Assembly (NCBI GenBank): GCA_040377305.1
Contig: JBEIPA010000001.1
Location: forward strand, 64,001 to 128,000
DNA: 64,000 nt
Source of the DNA: Flavobacteriales bacterium
Lineage (GTDB): Bacteria > Bacteroidota > Bacteroidia > Palsa-965
Reading direction: 5' to 3'
Part shown: piece after piece, positions 11,281 to 23,761 of the stretch
Numbering within the stretch: position 1 is the stretch's first letter
How the letters are laid out: every line of letters starts with the position of its first letter
Program-made: the position numbers and the translations under genes
Notes under the pieces: model-generated
Told to the model about the DNA's origin: nothing
What the model saw: the letters and a program-made list of their open reading frames with translations, nothing else
Database searches by the model: none

Positions 11281-11832
11281 TTATTTACCAGCAGCTTTAC
11301 CAGCTTTACGACGAAGTACCTCGTTAGAGAACTTGATACCTTTTCCTTTGTATGGTTCAGGCTTGCGTAGAGCGCGGATTTTTGCTGCAACAAGTCCGAG
11401 AAGTTCGTTGTCGCTGCACTCCATAATGATTTTCGGGTTCTGCCCTTTTTCCGCGGTTGTAGTAACCTTGATTTCAGAAGGCAATTCGAAAATAATGTTG
11501 TGCGAGTAACCAAGAGTAAGTTCGAGCTGCTGGCCTTTCGCCGCTGCACGGTAACCTACACCTACAAGTTCCTGTTCTGTTTTGTATCCTGTTGAAACAC
11601 CATTTACCATGTTGTTCAGCAACGCGCGGTACAAACCGTGCAATGCTTTGTGGCGCTTCTGTTCTGTTGGACGCGAAAGCGTAACAACACCATCAGCCAC
11701 ATCAACTGTGATATCAGGGTTAATAGTTCTGTTCAATGTGCCTCTCGGTCCTTTCACAGTGATGTTATTCTTACTCACTGTTACTTCAACGCCTTGTGGC
11801 AGAGTGATCGGGAGCTTTCCAATACGTGACAT
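11281..11832 (-). CDS. rplF: 50S ribosomal protein L6
   Basis: MSRIGKLPI, RKPEPYKGKGI. Confidence 0.99.
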   Translation of the reverse strand: MSRIGKLPITLPQGVEVTVSKNNITVKGPRGTLNRTINPDITVDVADGVVTLSRPTEQKRHKALHGLYRALLNNMVNGVSTGYKTEQELVGVGYRAAAKGQQLELTLGYSHNIIFELPSEIKVTTTAEKGQNPKIIMECSDNELLGLVAAKIRALRKPEPYKGKGIKFSNEVLRRKAGKAAGK

Positions 11833-11851
11833 ATCTTTTTCCTCCTCTGGT

Positions 11852-12250
11852 TTAGTAGATGTAGCAGAGAACTTCTCCGCCTACGTTTTCTTTACGTGCC
11901 TCTTTATCTGTCATAACTCCTTTAGAGGTAGACACGATCGCAACACCAAGTCCGTTCATAACGCGTGGCATACGATCAACACCAGCGTACTTACGCAAAC
12001 CAGGTGATGAAATGCGAACGAGTCCGCGGATAGCAGACTGCTTCGTTACAGGATGGTATTTGAGAGCGATTTTAATGGTACCCTGCGCGTTTGCAGCGTC
12101 ATCGAACTTGTAGTTCAGGATGTACCCTTTTTCGAAGAGGATCTTCGTTAATTCCTTCTTCATTCTTGAAGCCGGAACTTCCACAACACGGTGGTTAGCC
12201 TTGATGGCATTCCTTACTCGGGTAAGGAAATCAGAGATTGTATCTGTCAT
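11852..12250 (-). CDS. rpsH: 30S ribosomal protein S8
   Basis: [24 protein letters not shown]. Confidence 0.99.
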   Translation of the reverse strand: MTDTISDFLTRVRNAIKANHRVVEVPASRMKKELTKILFEKGYILNYKFDDAANAQGTIKIALKYHPVTKQSAIRGLVRISSPGLRKYAGVDRMPRVMNGLGVAIVSTSKGVMTDKEARKENVGGEVLCYIY

Positions 12251-12330
12251 TTTGTTGTTTATATGTTACCCTGCTCGCAGGATAATTATACAAACGCAGT
12301 ATCTGCGATTTGTCTTCTGTTTTTAATTAG

Positions 12331-12600
12331 TTACCAGCTTGATTTTGTAACTCCAGGAATCTTGCCATGAAGAGCAAGTTCACGGAACATGTTACGGCAA
12401 AGACCGAACTGGCGGTTGTATCCGCGAGGACGACCTGTTAATTTGCAGCGGTTGCGCAAACGTACCGGTGATGAGTTACGCGGAAGGAGAGCTAATGCCA
12501 TCCAGTTTCCTTCTTTCTTAAGCTGAGCACGTTTTTCAGCATAGCGGTCGACAAGCTTCTTCCGCTTTACTTCCCGTGCTTTCATTGATTCTTTAGCCAT
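12331..12600 (-). CDS. rpsN: 30S ribosomal protein S14 (89-aa type)
   Basis: [10 protein letters not shown]...[14 protein letters not shown]...PGVTKSSW; start set at ATG 12600. Confidence 0.98.
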   Translation of the reverse strand: MAKESMKAREVKRKKLVDRYAEKRAQLKKEGNWMALALLPRNSSPVRLRNRCKLTGRPRGYNRQFGLCRNMFRELALHGKIPGVTKSSW

Positions 12601-12631
12601 GTCTATATCCCCAAAAGGGGCGCAAATATAG

Positions 12632-13198
12632 TTATTTTTTCTGGTTCTTGAAAGGCATTCCAAATTCTGCTAAAAGAGCGTAAGCTTCTTCGTCAGAATC
12701 TGCTGAAGTCACGAAAGTGATGTCCATACCCATGATTTTGCTCACTTTATCGATATCGATCTCCGGGAAGATGATCTGTTCAGTGATTCCAAGGGTATAA
12801 TTTCCTTTTCCGTCAAATCCTTTGTCGTTGATACCGCGGAAATCGCGGATACGTGGCAATGCTGCAGAAACGAGACGATCGAGAAACTCGTACATCTTGT
12901 CGCCACGCAAAGTCGACTTCACACCAATCGGAACACCTTTACGGAGTTTGAAGTTTGAAATGTCTTTACGTGAAATAGTAGCATTTGCTTTCTGTCCTGT
13001 GATTGTGCCCATTTCCTTCACAGCGTTCTCAACGAGTTTCTTATCAGAAACAGCGTCGCCCACACCCTGGTTGAGGCAAATCTTCTCCAACTTCGGAACC
13101 TGCATTGGGCTCGAGTAGTTGAACTTTTTCTGTAGCGCCGGCACAACTGTGTCGCGGTACATTTTTTTCATACGTGGAGTATACTTCTGCGTAGCCAT
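12632..13198 (-). CDS. rplE: 50S ribosomal protein L5
   Basis: [24 protein letters not shown]. Confidence 0.99.
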   Translation of the reverse strand: MATQKYTPRMKKMYRDTVVPALQKKFNYSSPMQVPKLEKICLNQGVGDAVSDKKLVENAVKEMGTITGQKANATISRKDISNFKLRKGVPIGVKSTLRGDKMYEFLDRLVSAALPRIRDFRGINDKGFDGKGNYTLGITEQIIFPEIDIDKVSKIMGMDITFVTSADSDEEAYALLAEFGMPFKNQKK

Positions 13199-13521
13199 TA
13201 TTTGATTACCTCCCGTGATTTAGCGTTAACTCTCTCGAGCTTTCCTGATTTTTCATTGCGCACACGACCTACACGTGTAGGTGTGCCAGATCCATCAACC
13301 AACATTACGTTAGAAAGATGTACATAAGCAGGTACATCAATGATTCCGCCCTGCGGATGCTTTGATGTCGGCTTGCTGTGCTTCTTCACTGTGATTCCCT
13401 CAAGAGAAACACGGTTAGCTGTTTTGTTTACAGCAAGCACTTTGTACTGTGTGTCGCGGCTTTTGTGTTCGCCGGAGATCACCACAACAGTATCGCCTTT
13501 TTTAATTTTCAACTTTGCCAT
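13198..13521 (-). CDS. rplX: 50S ribosomal protein L24
   Basis: [26 protein letters not shown]; lies between rplN and rplE. Confidence 0.95.
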   Translation of the reverse strand: MAKLKIKKGDTVVVISGEHKSRDTQYKVLAVNKTANRVSLEGITVKKHSKPTSKHPQGGIIDVPAYVHLSNVMLVDGSGTPTRVGRVRNEKSGKLERVNAKSREVIK

Positions 13522-13534
13522 TTGGCCCTATCAA

Positions 13535-13903
13535 TTATAGCACCTCTGGTGCCAGTGAAATAATCTTTGTGTAGTTCGTATCGCGAAGCTCACGTGCAAC
13601 CGGTCCGAAAATACGAGTGCCGCGGAGTTCATCCTGTGCATTCAGCAACACGCAAGCGTTGTCGTCGAAGCGGATGTAAGAACCATCAGGACGACGGGTT
13701 TCTTTGCGGGTGCGTACAACAACAGCTTTAGAAACTGTTCCCTTCTTGATGTTTCCTGAAGGAAGAGCGTTCTTCACTGTTACAACGATTTTATCGCCGA
13801 TGTGCGCGTAACGCTTCTTTGTACCGCCCAGTACGCGAATACAGAGTACTTCTTTCGCTCCGCTGTTATCGGCTACGTTCAGCCTTGATTCCTGTTGGAT
13901 CAT
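13535..13903 (-). CDS. rplN: 50S ribosomal protein L14
   Basis: [34 protein letters not shown]. Confidence 0.99.
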   Translation of the reverse strand: MIQQESRLNVADNSGAKEVLCIRVLGGTKKRYAHIGDKIVVTVKNALPSGNIKKGTVSKAVVVRTRKETRRPDGSYIRFDDNACVLLNAQDELRGTRIFGPVARELRDTNYTKIISLAPEVL

Positions 13904-13936
13904 TGTTCTTTATTCTTAATTCGGTTCGTATTCAAA

Positions 13937-14203
13937 TTACTTCGCACGTTCTACCACGGCAATCAAACGCCAGCACTTGCTTTTGCTTAGCGGACGAGTT
14001 TCCATGATGCGAACAGTGTCGCCAATGTTCGACTCATTCTTTTCATCGTGCGCCATGAACGTAGAAGTCTTCTTCACAAACTTCCCGTACTTCGGGTGCT
14101 TTACTTTACGTTCAACAGCTACCACGATAGACTTTGCCATCTTGTTGCTGATAACGATTCCCGTTTTCTCTTTACGGTTGGTGCGTTCGGTTGTCTTTTC
14201 CAT
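13937..14203 (-). CDS. rpsQ: 30S ribosomal protein S17
   Basis: [19 protein letters not shown]. Confidence 0.99.
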   Translation of the reverse strand: MEKTTERTNRKEKTGIVISNKMAKSIVVAVERKVKHPKYGKFVKKTSTFMAHDEKNESNIGDTVRIMETRPLSKSKCWRLIAVVERAK

Positions 14204-14215
14204 TTTATCTGGTAA

Positions 14216-14413
14216 TTATGCCGATTTACGTTTACGGCTTCCCATCTCTGTGAGAATGCGTGCAATTGTGCGACGTGCGCTGCGGATCTTCAAAGGGTTC
14301 TCGATTGGAGAAACCGAATGGTTCAGCTGAAGCTTTTCCAGCTGAGCTTTTTCTTCAGCTAAACGATCTTTCAATTCTACTTCCGTCATTCCGACGATTT
14401 CGCTCTGTTTCAT
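14216..14413 (-). CDS. rpmC: 50S ribosomal protein L29
   Basis: IENPLKIRSARRTIARILT; operon position. Confidence 0.97.
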   Translation of the reverse strand: MKQSEIVGMTEVELKDRLAEEKAQLEKLQLNHSVSPIENPLKIRSARRTIARILTEMGSRKRKSA

Positions 14414-14438
14414 TGCGATTAATTTTTCACTTTATTAA

Positions 14439-14867
14439 TTAAGCGTTCTCCGCTGAGTAATCATTACGGATAATGAACTTCGTTGTAACCGGAAGCTTCT
14501 GTGCACCAAGGCGCAATGCTTCACGAGCTGTTTCAACCGGAATGCCGTCTGCTTCGAACAGAACAGCACCTTGTTTCACTACAGCAACAAAGTATTCAGG
14601 AGCCCCTTTACCCTTACCCATACGAACCTCTGCAGGTTTACGTGTAATTGGTTTATCAGGGAACACGCGAATCCAAACCTGGCCTTCACGCTTCAGGAAA
14701 CGTGTCATTGCAACACGGGCAGCTTCAATCTGCTTTGCAGTAAGCCAGCACTCTTGCTGCGCTTTGATTGCGAAAGAGCCGAACGCGATAGTGTATCCGC
14801 GTGTAGCTTTCCCACGGATTTTCATCTTGTGGGTCTTTCTGTGTTTTACTCTCTTTGGCTGTAACAT
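14439..14867 (-). CDS. rplP: 50S ribosomal protein L16
   Basis: MLQPKR, QIEAAR, RMGKGKG. Confidence 0.99.
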   Translation of the reverse strand: MLQPKRVKHRKTHKMKIRGKATRGYTIAFGSFAIKAQQECWLTAKQIEAARVAMTRFLKREGQVWIRVFPDKPITRKPAEVRMGKGKGAPEYFVAVVKQGAVLFEADGIPVETAREALRLGAQKLPVTTKFIIRNDYSAENA

Positions 14868-14897
14868 TATACTATGTTGTTAAAGCAATGGTGTTGC

Positions 14898-15659
14898 TTA
14901 GTTACCTGACTCTTTTTGATCTCTGCGGGTGTTGTTGCCTCCGCGACGTGGACGGTTTCCACCGCGACGCTCGTTGTTGTTGTCCTGCTTCTTCTCTCGC
15001 TGTGCAGATTGTGCATTCGGAGAAAGATCGCGCTTGCCGTAAAGCTCGCCTTTGCAGATCCATACTTTCACACCGATACGTCCAAATGAAGTGTGAGCTT
15101 CAGCAAGTGCGTAATCGATATCAGCACGAAGTGTGTGCAGAGGAACGCGGCCTTCCATGTATCCTTCAACGCGTGCAATCTCAGCACCAGCCAAACGGCC
15201 AGAGCATTTTACTTTGATGCCTTCAGCGCCCATACGCATGGTAGAAGCGATTGACATTTTGATTGCGCGACGGAAAGAGATACGGCCTTCGATCTGACGT
15301 GCGATTGAATCAGCAACGAGACGTGCATCCAACTCAGGACGTTTGATCTCGAAAATGTTGATCTGCACTTCTTTCTTCGTCAGCTTCTTGATCTCTTCTT
15401 TAAGCTTGTCAACTTCCTTACCGCCTTTTCCGATGATAATACCCGGACGTGCTGTATGGATAGTTACTGTAATGAGCTTCATTGTACGCTCGATCACAAT
15501 CTTCGAAATGCTGCCTTTCGCAAGACGGGCTTTCAGGTAGTTGCGGATTTTTTCGTCTTCAACGAGTTTGTCAGCGTAATGACGTCCGCCAAACCAGTTT
15601 GACTCCCATCCACGGATGATACCAAGTCTCTGCCCGATTGGATTTGCTTTTTGTCCCAT
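14898..15659 (-). CDS. rpsC: 30S ribosomal protein S3
   Basis: [30 protein letters not shown]. Confidence 0.99.
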   Translation of the reverse strand: MGQKANPIGQRLGIIRGWESNWFGGRHYADKLVEDEKIRNYLKARLAKGSISKIVIERTMKLITVTIHTARPGIIIGKGGKEVDKLKEEIKKLTKKEVQINIFEIKRPELDARLVADSIARQIEGRISFRRAIKMSIASTMRMGAEGIKVKCSGRLAGAEIARVEGYMEGRVPLHTLRADIDYALAEAHTSFGRIGVKVWICKGELYGKRDLSPNAQSAQREKKQDNNNERRGGNRPRRGGNNTRRDQKESGN

Positions 15660-15682
15660 TTTATTTCTTAGTTGTGATCAGG

Positions 15683-16081
15683 TTAAGCGTTAGTGAGTTC
15701 ACCGAGTACCATTGTAACGTGGTTCGAGCGCTTGCGAATACGGTGAGCGCGTCCTTGCGGTGCTGCTGAAATACGCTTCAGCTGTGTAGCTCCGTCAACC
15801 ATTACAGTTTTTACGAAGAGAGCATCTGCTTGCGCAACGTTGCCCGACTTCTTCTCGTAGTTAGCAATTGCTGAACGAAGGAGTTTCTCCAAACGTCCTG
15901 CAGCTTCTTTGTTTGTAAAGCGAAGAATATTCAACGCCTGGAATACTTCTTTCCCGCGTACGATGTCAGCCACAAGGCGCATCTTGCGTGGTGAAGTAGG
16001 AACATTGCGAAGACTTGCAATGTAAGTAGTCTTCATTGCTTCCTTGCGTTCATTCGCTGCTAGTTCTTTTCTGCGTGCCAT
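15683..16081 (-). CDS. rplV: 50S ribosomal protein L22
   Basis: [22 protein letters not shown]. Confidence 0.98.
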   Translation of the reverse strand: MARRKELAANERKEAMKTTYIASLRNVPTSPRKMRLVADIVRGKEVFQALNILRFTNKEAAGRLEKLLRSAIANYEKKSGNVAQADALFVKTVMVDGATQLKRISAAPQGRAHRIRKRSNHVTMVLGELTNA

Positions 16082-16106
16082 CTCTGGTTGTCTTTTCTGT
16101 TATAGA

Positions 16107-16391
16107 TTATTTAGCTCCTGCAGCCTTGTCTTTGTTGCCAGAGTGCCCACGGAAAGTACGTGTAGGTGCGAATTCGCCGAGACGGTGTCCCACCATGTTT
16201 TCAGTTACATAGACAGGAACAAATTTGTTTCCGTTGTGTACTGCGAACGTATGTCCAACAAACTCCGGAGAGATCATTGAGCGGCGTGACCAGGTTTTGA
16301 TTGCGACCTTTTTGTTAGAGCTGTTCATATTAACAACTTTCTTATCCAGTTTTGGATCAACAAAAGGTCCTTTTTTGAGTGAACGTGCCAT
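16107..16391 (-). CDS. rpsS: 30S ribosomal protein S19
   Basis: RSLKKGP, TWSRRS, GEFAPTR. Confidence 0.99.
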   Translation of the reverse strand: MARSLKKGPFVDPKLDKKVVNMNSSNKKVAIKTWSRRSMISPEFVGHTFAVHNGNKFVPVYVTENMVGHRLGEFAPTRTFRGHSGNKDKAAGAK

Positions 16392-16416
16392 TATTGTTCT
16401 GTTATCGGCTTAGTAA

Positions 16417-17241
16417 TTATTTCTTACGACGTTCGAGAATGTACTTATTCGACGCCTTCGCTTTGAATCTTGTTTTGAGTCCCTTCGACTTAGTTCCCTT
16501 ACGTGAACGTGGGTGACCACCTGAAGCACGACCTTCACCACCACCCATAGGGTGATCGACAGGGTTCATTGCTACCGGACGAGTACGTGGACGGCGGCCA
16601 TACCAACGGTTGCGGCCAGCTTTTCCATCACTCTGAAGGTTATGATCTGCGTTTGAAACAGAACCGATTGTTGCCGTGCAGGTAACGAGAATCATACGCG
16701 TTTCGCCAGAAGGCAAACGGAGTACAGCAAACTTCCCTTCACGTGCGCTGAGCTGAGCATATGAACCCGCACTGCGAGCCATTTTCGCTCCTTGTCCAGG
16801 ACGCAATTCAATATTGTGAATGATAGTACCGAGCGGAACATCAGAGAGGAACATAGTGTTTCCAACTTCAGGTGTTGCTTTCTTACCCGACATTACCTTT
16901 TGTCCAACCTTCAATCCGGTTGGAGCAATGATGTAACGTTTCTCACCATCAGCATACACAAGAAGTGCAATACGTGCTGTACGGTTCGGATCGTACTCGA
17001 TTGTTTTTACAGTTGCGGGAACATCGTGCTTGTCGCGTTTAAAGTCAACAATACGGTACATCTGTTTGTGACCACCGCCCATATAGCGCATAGTCATTTT
17101 ACCTGAGTTGTTACGACCACCAGTCTTTGGAGACGGTGCAAGCAAACTCTTCTCAGGAGTTGATGTAGTGATGTCCTCGGCAGTAACCAGGGTGCGGTGA
17201 CGCATTGCTGGTGTTAAGGGACGAAATTTTCTAAGTGCCAT
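16417..17241 (-). CDS. rplB: 50S ribosomal protein L2
   Basis: [23 protein letters not shown]. Confidence 0.99.
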   Translation of the reverse strand: MALRKFRPLTPAMRHRTLVTAEDITTSTPEKSLLAPSPKTGGRNNSGKMTMRYMGGGHKQMYRIVDFKRDKHDVPATVKTIEYDPNRTARIALLVYADGEKRYIIAPTGLKVGQKVMSGKKATPEVGNTMFLSDVPLGTIIHNIELRPGQGAKMARSAGSYAQLSAREGKFAVLRLPSGETRMILVTCTATIGSVSNADHNLQSDGKAGRNRWYGRRPRTRPVAMNPVDHPMGGGEGRASGGHPRSRKGTKSKGLKTRFKAKASNKYILERRKK

Positions 17242-17265
17242 AGCTCTCTATAGGTTTCTTATTTA

Positions 17266-17559
17266 TCAGAGATTGCTGTAGAAGTCAATAGTCTCACCTG
17301 ATTTTAGTGTTACTACTGCTTTTTTGTGACGGTTGTGAACGCCCACCTGCATACCCGCGCGGGTATAACGTGAACGAACTTTACCGTTGTAATTCATAGT
17401 GTTCACGGCTTCAACGTTTACACCATACATTTTCTCAACTGCGGTCTTAATCTGCAGCTTATTTGCGTCGCGGTCAACTACGAATCCAAAACGGTTCGCT
17501 TTCTCCGCCTGCTGAGACATTTTCTCAGTAATGATTGGCTTGATAAGTATTGCGTTCAT
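17266..17559 (-). CDS. rplW: 50S ribosomal protein L23
   Basis: KPIITEK, ANKLQIK, KKAVVTL. Confidence 0.98.
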   Translation of the reverse strand: MNAILIKPIITEKMSQQAEKANRFGFVVDRDANKLQIKTAVEKMYGVNVEAVNTMNYNGKVRSRYTRAGMQVGVHNRHKKAVVTLKSGETIDFYSNL

Positions 17560-17563
17560 GGTT

Positions 17564-18193
17564 CTAGTTGTTTAGCAGGGTTTCAAGTTTTGCAACTGAA
17601 GCTTCTACGAGAAGAAGGCTACTTGCATTCAGAATATCGTATGTGGTCAACTCTGATGCAACAACCACTTTCGCAGCAGTCAGGTTGCGTGAAGAAAGGA
17701 ACACGTTCTTGTTGTGCTCAGCAACAACCAGCAGTGTTTTCTTATCGGCAACTTTCAGTGCGTTCAGCATTTCAGCATACTGTGACGTTTTGGGTGCGTC
17801 GAAGTTCAGGTTTTCAAGAACGATGATGTTGTTCTCTTTCGCCTTGTAAGTCAATGCAGACTTACGTGCCAATGCTTTTACTTTTTTGTTCACAGCGATT
17901 TTGTAGTCGTGCGGACGAGGACCAAATACACGTCCACCACCACGGAACAAAGGAGATTTCATGCTACCAGCACGAGCTCCGCCTGTACCCTTTTGGCGCT
18001 TCAGCTTCTTGGTTGTACGTGCAATTTCTGCACGCTCTTTTGATTTATGCGTTCCCTGACGTTGTGCAGCTAAATACTGTTTTACGTCGAGGTAAATTGC
18101 GTGATCGTTCGGTTCAATCGCGAACACGTCATCGCTCAGCTTCACCTTCTTAGATGTTGCTTTTCCTTCAGAGTTATGTATTGCGAGTTCCAT
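17564..18193 (-). CDS. rplD: 50S ribosomal protein L4
   Basis: RQGTHKSK, RQKGTGGARAG, GGGRVFGPRP; start moved to MELAIH (18193). Confidence 0.98.
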   Translation of the reverse strand: MELAIHNSEGKATSKKVKLSDDVFAIEPNDHAIYLDVKQYLAAQRQGTHKSKERAEIARTTKKLKRQKGTGGARAGSMKSPLFRGGGRVFGPRPHDYKIAVNKKVKALARKSALTYKAKENNIIVLENLNFDAPKTSQYAEMLNALKVADKKTLLVVAEHNKNVFLSSRNLTAAKVVVASELTTYDILNASSLLLVEASVAKLETLLNN

Positions 18194-18194
18194 G

Positions 18195-18812
18195 TTATTT
18201 CGTGATTGTAACGTATGAACCAGGAGCACCTGCGATAGAACCTTTTACAACGAGAAGGTTTTTCTCAGCAAGAATTTTCACCACCTGGATATTGATGCTC
18301 TTCTTAGTTTGGCCACCTGTACGTCCACCCATGCGCATGCCTTTGAATACGCGTGCAGCATTTGATGAGTTACCCAATGAACCTGGAGCGCGCAAACGAT
18401 CGTGCTGACCGTGTGTTGCACCACCTACTCCACCGAAACCGTGACGCTTCATTACACCCTGAAAACCTTTTCCTTTAGAGATACCGCTGACATCAACAAT
18501 ATCGCCCTCATTGAAAAGTTCAACTGTAAGAACATCACCTACATTTTTCGCTTCTTCAAAAGTTCTGAATTCAACGAGCTTGCGTTTAGGTGTTGACTTT
18601 GATTTTGCAAAGTGACCCTTCATTGCTTCCGAAGTGTTTTTCTCCTTCTTGTCATCAAAGCCAAGTTGAAGTGCTTCGTAGCCGTCTGTCTCTTTGGTTT
18701 TTACTTGCGTAACAACGCAAGGACCCACCTCGATAATTGTGCATGGTAAGTATTTACCATTGGCACCGAAGACGCTGGTCATTCCAATTTTTTTACCAAT
18801 TAAGCCTGACAT
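18195..18812 (-). CDS. rplC: 50S ribosomal protein L3
   Basis: [22 protein letters not shown]. Confidence 0.99.
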   Translation of the reverse strand: MSGLIGKKIGMTSVFGANGKYLPCTIIEVGPCVVTQVKTKETDGYEALQLGFDDKKEKNTSEAMKGHFAKSKSTPKRKLVEFRTFEEAKNVGDVLTVELFNEGDIVDVSGISKGKGFQGVMKRHGFGGVGGATHGQHDRLRAPGSLGNSSNAARVFKGMRMGGRTGGQTKKSINIQVVKILAEKNLLVVKGSIAGAPGSYVTITK

Positions 18813-18872
18813 GCTTAGTTTATTAGTGATTACTATTTATAATGTGCAATTGACCTTAAGTCGCCTGCTTGA

Positions 18873-19181
18873 TTACGGAACTTTGATTTCTACTTCAACA
18901 CCGCTAGGAAGTTCGAGCTTCATCAAGGCATCAACTGTTTTAGAAGTTGAGCTGTAGATGTCGAGCAAACGCTTGTAGCTGCAAAGCTGAAACTGTTCAC
19001 GAGCCTTTTTGTTTACGTGTGGCGAGCGAAGTACTGTGAAAATGCGCTTGTGAGTTGGAAGTGGAATTGGTCCGCTTACCACAGCACCTGTGCTTTTTAC
19101 TGTTTTCACAATTTTCTCTGCCGACTTGTCAACGAGGTTGTAGTCGTAAGACTTGAGTTTAATTCTGATTTTCTGGCTCAT
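18873..19181 (-). CDS. rpsJ: 30S ribosomal protein S10
   Basis: [30 protein letters not shown]. Confidence 0.99.
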   Translation of the reverse strand: MSQKIRIKLKSYDYNLVDKSAEKIVKTVKSTGAVVSGPIPLPTHKRIFTVLRSPHVNKKAREQFQLCSYKRLLDIYSSTSKTVDALMKLELPSGVEVEIKVP

Positions 19182-19204
19182 ATAAAGAACGTTGTTGTAG
19201 TGTA

Positions 19205-21328
19205 TTAAACTTTTTCAGCTTTTTTGCCGTTTGCTTTTGCGATTACTTCGTCAGCTACGTTACGCGGAGCATCAGCGTAGTGAGAGAATTCCATTGTAGA
19301 AGAAGCGCGTCCTGAAGTGATCGTACGCAACTGCGTTACGTAACCAAACATTTCTGACAGTGGCACTTTTGCTTTTACAACCTGAACACCCGCACGGCTG
19401 TCCATTCCTTCAATCTGACCGCGACGCTTGTTCAAGTCACCAACCACATCACCCATGTTTTGTTCTGGTGTCAGAACTTCCACTTTCATGATTGGCTCGA
19501 GAAGTACAGGTTTCGCTTTTGGAAGTGCTTCACGGAACGCAGTCTTCGCGCAGATCTCGAATGACAAAGCATCAGAGTCAACGTCGTGGTAAGAACCGTC
19601 CGTTACTACAACTTTCAAAGTCTGGATAGGGTAACCGGCGAGGATACCATTGCCCATCGAAGATTTGAATCCTTTTTCAATTGCCGGGATGAATTCACGT
19701 GGAATGTTACCACCGGAAATTTCGTTTACGAACTGGAGACCGCCATTCTTCGCATCTGGCACGAAGTCAGCATCAACAGGTCCAACAGAAAACTTGATGT
19801 CGGCGAACTTACCGCGACCCCCTGTTTGTTTCTTATAAACTTCACGGTGCTCAACTGTAGAGTTGATAGCTTCCTTAAAGTTTACTTGTGGAGCACCCTG
19901 GTTTACTTCTACTTTGAACTCGCGACGCAGACGGTCAACGATAATTTCAAGGTGAAGCTCGCCCATTCCGCTGATGATTGTTTGTCCGCTTTCTTCGTCA
20001 GACTTCACGCGGAATGTAGGATCCTCTTCAGAGAGTTTGTTCAATGCAACACCCAGTTTATCAAGATCGGCCTGTGTTTTTGGCTCAACCGCGATTCCGA
20101 TAACCGGTTCAGGGAAGTTCATTGCTTCGAGAACAATTGGGTGTTTCTCGTCGCAAAGTGTATCACCTGTTTTGATGTCTTTAAATCCAACAGCTGCGCC
20201 AATGTCTCCTGCTTCGATGCAATCAACCTGGTTCTGCTTGTTAGCGTGCATTTGGAAGATACGGGAGATACGCTCTTTGTTTCCTGAACGTGTGTTCAGA
20301 ACATAAGAACCTGAATCCAGACGACCAGAATAAGCACGGAAATATGCGAGACGACCTACGAATGGGTCAGTTGCAATTTTGAATGCGAGAGCAGCGAACG
20401 GCTCTTTTACATCGGGCTTGCGTGTAACTTCTTCTTCAGTGTCAGGGTTAATACCCTTAATGCTTTCTTTATCCATTGGAGAAGGCATCAGTTCCATTAC
20501 GTAATCAAGCATGGTCTGAACACCTTTGTTCTTGAATGCAGATCCACATACCATTGGAACAACTTTGTTCGCAAGACATGCTTTACGGAGTGCAGCAAGA
20601 ACTTCTGCTTCGGTGATTGTTTCAGGAGCTTCGAAAAACTTCTCCATGATTTTGTCATCGAATTCAGAAACTGATTCAAGAAGCTTCTCGCGCCATTCAG
20701 CAACGTCAGCTTTCATATCCTCAGGGATAGGAACTTCTGTGAAAGTCATTCCTTTATCACTCTCATTCCAAACAATTCCACGGTTGTTGATCAGATCAAC
20801 TACACCTTTGAAATTCTCTTCAGAACCGATCGGTAACTGAAGTGGAACAGGATTACCACCAAGAACTGTTTTTACCTGCTTAACAACGTTAAGGAAGTCA
20901 GCACCTGCGCGGTCCATTTTATTGACGAAACCAATACGGGTGACATTATAGTTATCCGCAAGGCGCCAGTTTGTTTCTGATTGTGGTTCTACACCATCAA
21001 CAGAAGAGAAAAGAAATACCAATCCATCCAATACACGCAGTGAACGGTTAACTTCAACTGTGAAGTCAACGTGACCAGGCGTATCAATGATGTTCATTTT
21101 GTAATTGTTGTCTCTGTATTTCCAGAAACAAGTTGTAGCTGCTGAAGTGATTGTGATACCACGCTCCTGCTCCTGCACCATCCAGTCCATCGTTGCAGCA
21201 CCATCGTGTACTTCACCGATTTTGTGGTTTACCCCCGCATAATAAAGAATACGCTCGGTGCAAGTTGTTTTACCTGCGTCGATATGCGCTGCAATACCAA
21301 TGTTTCGTGTATATCTAAGATCGCTCAT
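19205..21328 (-). CDS. fusA: elongation factor G
   Basis: [41 protein letters not shown]. Confidence 0.99.
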   Translation of the reverse strand: MSDLRYTRNIGIAAHIDAGKTTCTERILYYAGVNHKIGEVHDGAATMDWMVQEQERGITITSAATTCFWKYRDNNYKMNIIDTPGHVDFTVEVNRSLRVLDGLVFLFSSVDGVEPQSETNWRLADNYNVTRIGFVNKMDRAGADFLNVVKQVKTVLGGNPVPLQLPIGSEENFKGVVDLINNRGIVWNESDKGMTFTEVPIPEDMKADVAEWREKLLESVSEFDDKIMEKFFEAPETITEAEVLAALRKACLANKVVPMVCGSAFKNKGVQTMLDYVMELMPSPMDKESIKGINPDTEEEVTRKPDVKEPFAALAFKIATDPFVGRLAYFRAYSGRLDSGSYVLNTRSGNKERISRIFQMHANKQNQVDCIEAGDIGAAVGFKDIKTGDTLCDEKHPIVLEAMNFPEPVIGIAVEPKTQADLDKLGVALNKLSEEDPTFRVKSDEESGQTIISGMGELHLEIIVDRLRREFKVEVNQGAPQVNFKEAINSTVEHREVYKKQTGGRGKFADIKFSVGPVDADFVPDAKNGGLQFVNEISGGNIPREFIPAIEKGFKSSMGNGILAGYPIQTLKVVVTDGSYHDVDSDALSFEICAKTAFREALPKAKPVLLEPIMKVEVLTPEQNMGDVVGDLNKRRGQIEGMDSRAGVQVVKAKVPLSEMFGYVTQLRTITSGRASSTMEFSHYADAPRNVADEVIAKANGKKAEKV

Positions 21329-21349
21329 TTGTTACCCCTCGTAATTCAA

Positions 21350-21817
21350 TTACAATCTAAAGTGTGAGTATGCTTTGTTGGCTTCCGCCATACGGTGCGT
21401 ATCTTCTTTCTTTTTGAAAGCTGCACCTTCTTCTTTCGCTGCTGCAACGATTTCACCAGCGAGTTTAGCCGCCATTGATTTTTCGTTACGTGCACGTGCG
21501 TAAGAAATCAGCCACTTGATACCAAGAGCCGTTTTGCGTTCATTCCGGATTTCCTGAGGAATCTGGAACGTTGCACCACCAACACGACGGCTACGAACCT
21601 CTACGTTCGGAGTTACGTTTGTCAGCGCTTTCTTCCAGGTTTCGAGTCCGTCCTGCTCAGCACGCTTCTGCACGATTTCCATCGCGTCGTAGAATATATC
21701 GTAAGCAGTTGACTTCTTTCCCTGATACATCAGGTTGTTCACGAATCGTGTTACCAAGATGTCGTTGAACTTCGGATCAGGAAGAAGAGGACGTTTTTTT
21801 GCTCTGGTCTTTCTCAT
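21350..21817 (-). CDS. rpsG: 30S ribosomal protein S7
   Basis: [23 protein letters not shown]. Confidence 0.99.
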   Translation of the reverse strand: MRKTRAKKRPLLPDPKFNDILVTRFVNNLMYQGKKSTAYDIFYDAMEIVQKRAEQDGLETWKKALTNVTPNVEVRSRRVGGATFQIPQEIRNERKTALGIKWLISYARARNEKSMAAKLAGEIVAAAKEEGAAFKKKEDTHRMAEANKAYSHFRL

Positions 21818-21838
21818 TGTAGTCTGATATTACTTCGC

Positions 21839-22237
21839 TTATTTCTTAGCGGCAGGTTTAGCACCGCCTTTTGCTTTCTTAGTTCCGTATTTTGAACGAC
21901 GTTGGTTACGTCCTTCAACACCTGCAGTGTCCAATGCACCACGAACGATGTGGTAACGAACACCTGGAAGATCCTTCACACGACCACCGCGCACGAGCAC
22001 GATTGAGTGTTCCTGAAGGTTGTGTCCCTCTCCCGGGATATATGCGATGATCTCCATCTTGTTCGTCAAACGAACCTTTGCTACTTTACGAAGTGCCGAG
22101 TTAGGCTTCTTCGGTGTAGTCGTGTAAACACGAGTGCAGATACCGCGTTTTTGCGGGCAGCTGTCGAGTGCGGCAGACTTACTCTTGTTAGGAGCTTTGA
22201 ATCGGCCTTTACGTACGAGCTGTTGAATAGTTGGCAT
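21839..22237 (-). CDS. rpsL: 30S ribosomal protein S12
   Basis: [32 protein letters not shown]. Confidence 0.99.
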   Translation of the reverse strand: MPTIQQLVRKGRFKAPNKSKSAALDSCPQKRGICTRVYTTTPKKPNSALRKVAKVRLTNKMEIIAYIPGEGHNLQEHSIVLVRGGRVKDLPGVRYHIVRGALDTAGVEGRNQRRSKYGTKKAKGGAKPAAKK

Positions 22238-22306
22238 GTTGTTTAATTAATTATCGTTCAACGTTTTGCAAAAAGTTTCCACCCCATGTCCGGTTTTTGG
22301 GGACGG

Positions 22307-22314
22307 CAAAGGTA
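22307..22314 (-). promoter_or_regulatory. Bacteroidota -7 promoter box (TAnnTTTG) for the ribosomal superoperon
   Basis: CAAAGGTA on + = TACCTTTG on minus, 70 bp upstream of rpsL. Confidence 0.6.
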
Positions 22315-22465
22315 CTAATTCTTTGAAATAAACAGCGTTTGGTTGAAATATTTTTTATTTTCCGCAGGTTGCCCGATTTTAGGGCGGCTTTCAGTGACAA
22401 ATCACCCCGCGGAACTGGCCGCCTAGTCATCCTCGCGACGGCCATTATTTCCGTATTTTTACCGG

Positions 22466-23470
22466 ATGGGGTCCAAAATCAGCGTGATCAGCTATTATTT
22501 ACCCGAAAAGACCTTCACAAACGAGGATTTTTACCTTGAATTCCCGGAATCGAAAGGAACGAGTCTGGAAAAAACGGGTATATATAAACGACACATCATT
22601 GCCCCGGATGAAACCGCGTCTGATATGGCCTTTAAGGCCGCAGAAAAATTATTCTCTGAACATCAGATTGACCCGCAATCAATTGATTTTCTAATACTTG
22701 CCTGTATAGAGCCGGACTACTACACTCCTCCAACGAGCGCCGTTTTGCACGGGCGATTAGGACTGAAACCGGCTTGCGGAATTATGGAATACAATCATGG
22801 CTGCAGTGCCTATGTGTATGGACTAGGTATGGCCGACGGTGCTATTACGAGGATGGGTGCTAAACGTGTATTATTCCTGACCACATCATCGTTAACACAC
22901 ACATTTCATCCCGGCGATAAAAGTTCACGCTTTGTATTCGGAGATGCCGCAACTGCAACTCTTCTGGAAGACAGCGATACGGAAGATATTGGACCGTATG
23001 AATACGGAACGAATGGTAACGGCTATAACCGAATAATAGTTGAAGACGGACACGCTCGTAACGCGATTACAGAAGAATCGCTGATGGAAATAAAGGATGA
23101 CTTCGGGAATATAACGAGTCGCGCGACATTCCGTATGGATGGTACCGGGGTATTTCTTTTCACTATGAAAACAGTCCCTGCTATGATTGAGGAGTTGCTG
23201 AAAAAAGCGGCGTTGAAGATTGAAGACGTTGACTACTTCGTGTTTCACCAGCCGAACGAGTTCCTGAATGAAATGTTGCGAAAAAAAATCGGTATTCCAG
23301 AAGAGAAATTTATTCACTGCATACGTGAAACAGGAAACACTGTACAGTGTACTATTCCGATTGCGTTGTGCGAGATGTATGCAGAAGGAAAGTTGACACG
23401 CGGGACCACTGTGGTACTTGCCGGATTTGGTGTAGGCCTGAGCTGGATTAGTACAGTAGCCAAGTTTTAG
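22466..23470 (+). CDS. ketoacyl-ACP synthase III (FabH-like), accessory cluster
   Basis: Cys-His-Asn triad: NHGCSAY, VFHQPN, TGNTVQ; also FGDAA and GFGVGLSW. Confidence 0.92.
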   Translation: MGSKISVISYYLPEKTFTNEDFYLEFPESKGTSLEKTGIYKRHIIAPDETASDMAFKAAEKLFSEHQIDPQSIDFLILACIEPDYYTPPTSAVLHGRLGLKPACGIMEYNHGCSAYVYGLGMADGAITRMGAKRVLFLTTSSLTHTFHPGDKSSRFVFGDAATATLLEDSDTEDIGPYEYGTNGNGYNRIIVEDGHARNAITEESLMEIKDDFGNITSRATFRMDGTGVFLFTMKTVPAMIEELLKKAALKIEDVDYFVFHQPNEFLNEMLRKKIGIPEEKFIHCIRETGNTVQCTIPIALCEMYAEGKLTRGTTVVLAGFGVGLSWISTVAKF

Positions 23471-23501
23471 TTCATTACTTTATATTTGTTGAAACGTACT
23501 T

Positions 23502-23738
23502 ATGGACAGCATAGATCAATTTATTGTGAAACTGGAGCGGGAACTTGATATGGTTGAACCGGGAACATTGAATCCGGAAGTCAATTACAGAAACATCCCG
23601 AACTGGAGCTCTATGTATGCACTGATAATCGTGGCTTTGTGTGAAACGGAATATGATGTTGCTGTAACCGGCGAAGACCTTAGAAAATGTAATACTATCA
23701 GTGATCTCTACAACATCGTTGCCAGCCGCAAAGGCTGA
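23502..23738 (+). CDS. acyl carrier protein
   Basis: 78-aa acidic protein, WSSM phosphopantetheine-site-like motif, TISDLY; between two KSIII genes. Confidence 0.85.
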   Translation: MDSIDQFIVKLERELDMVEPGTLNPEVNYRNIPNWSSMYALIIVALCETEYDVAVTGEDLRKCNTISDLYNIVASRKG

Positions 23739-23761
23739 TCTCACCAACTAACGCAAGACCC

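Noticed and set aside
18873-21328. Absence of tuf after fusA, and of adk after secY
   Set aside because: Normal Bacteroidota arrangement, not a deletion.
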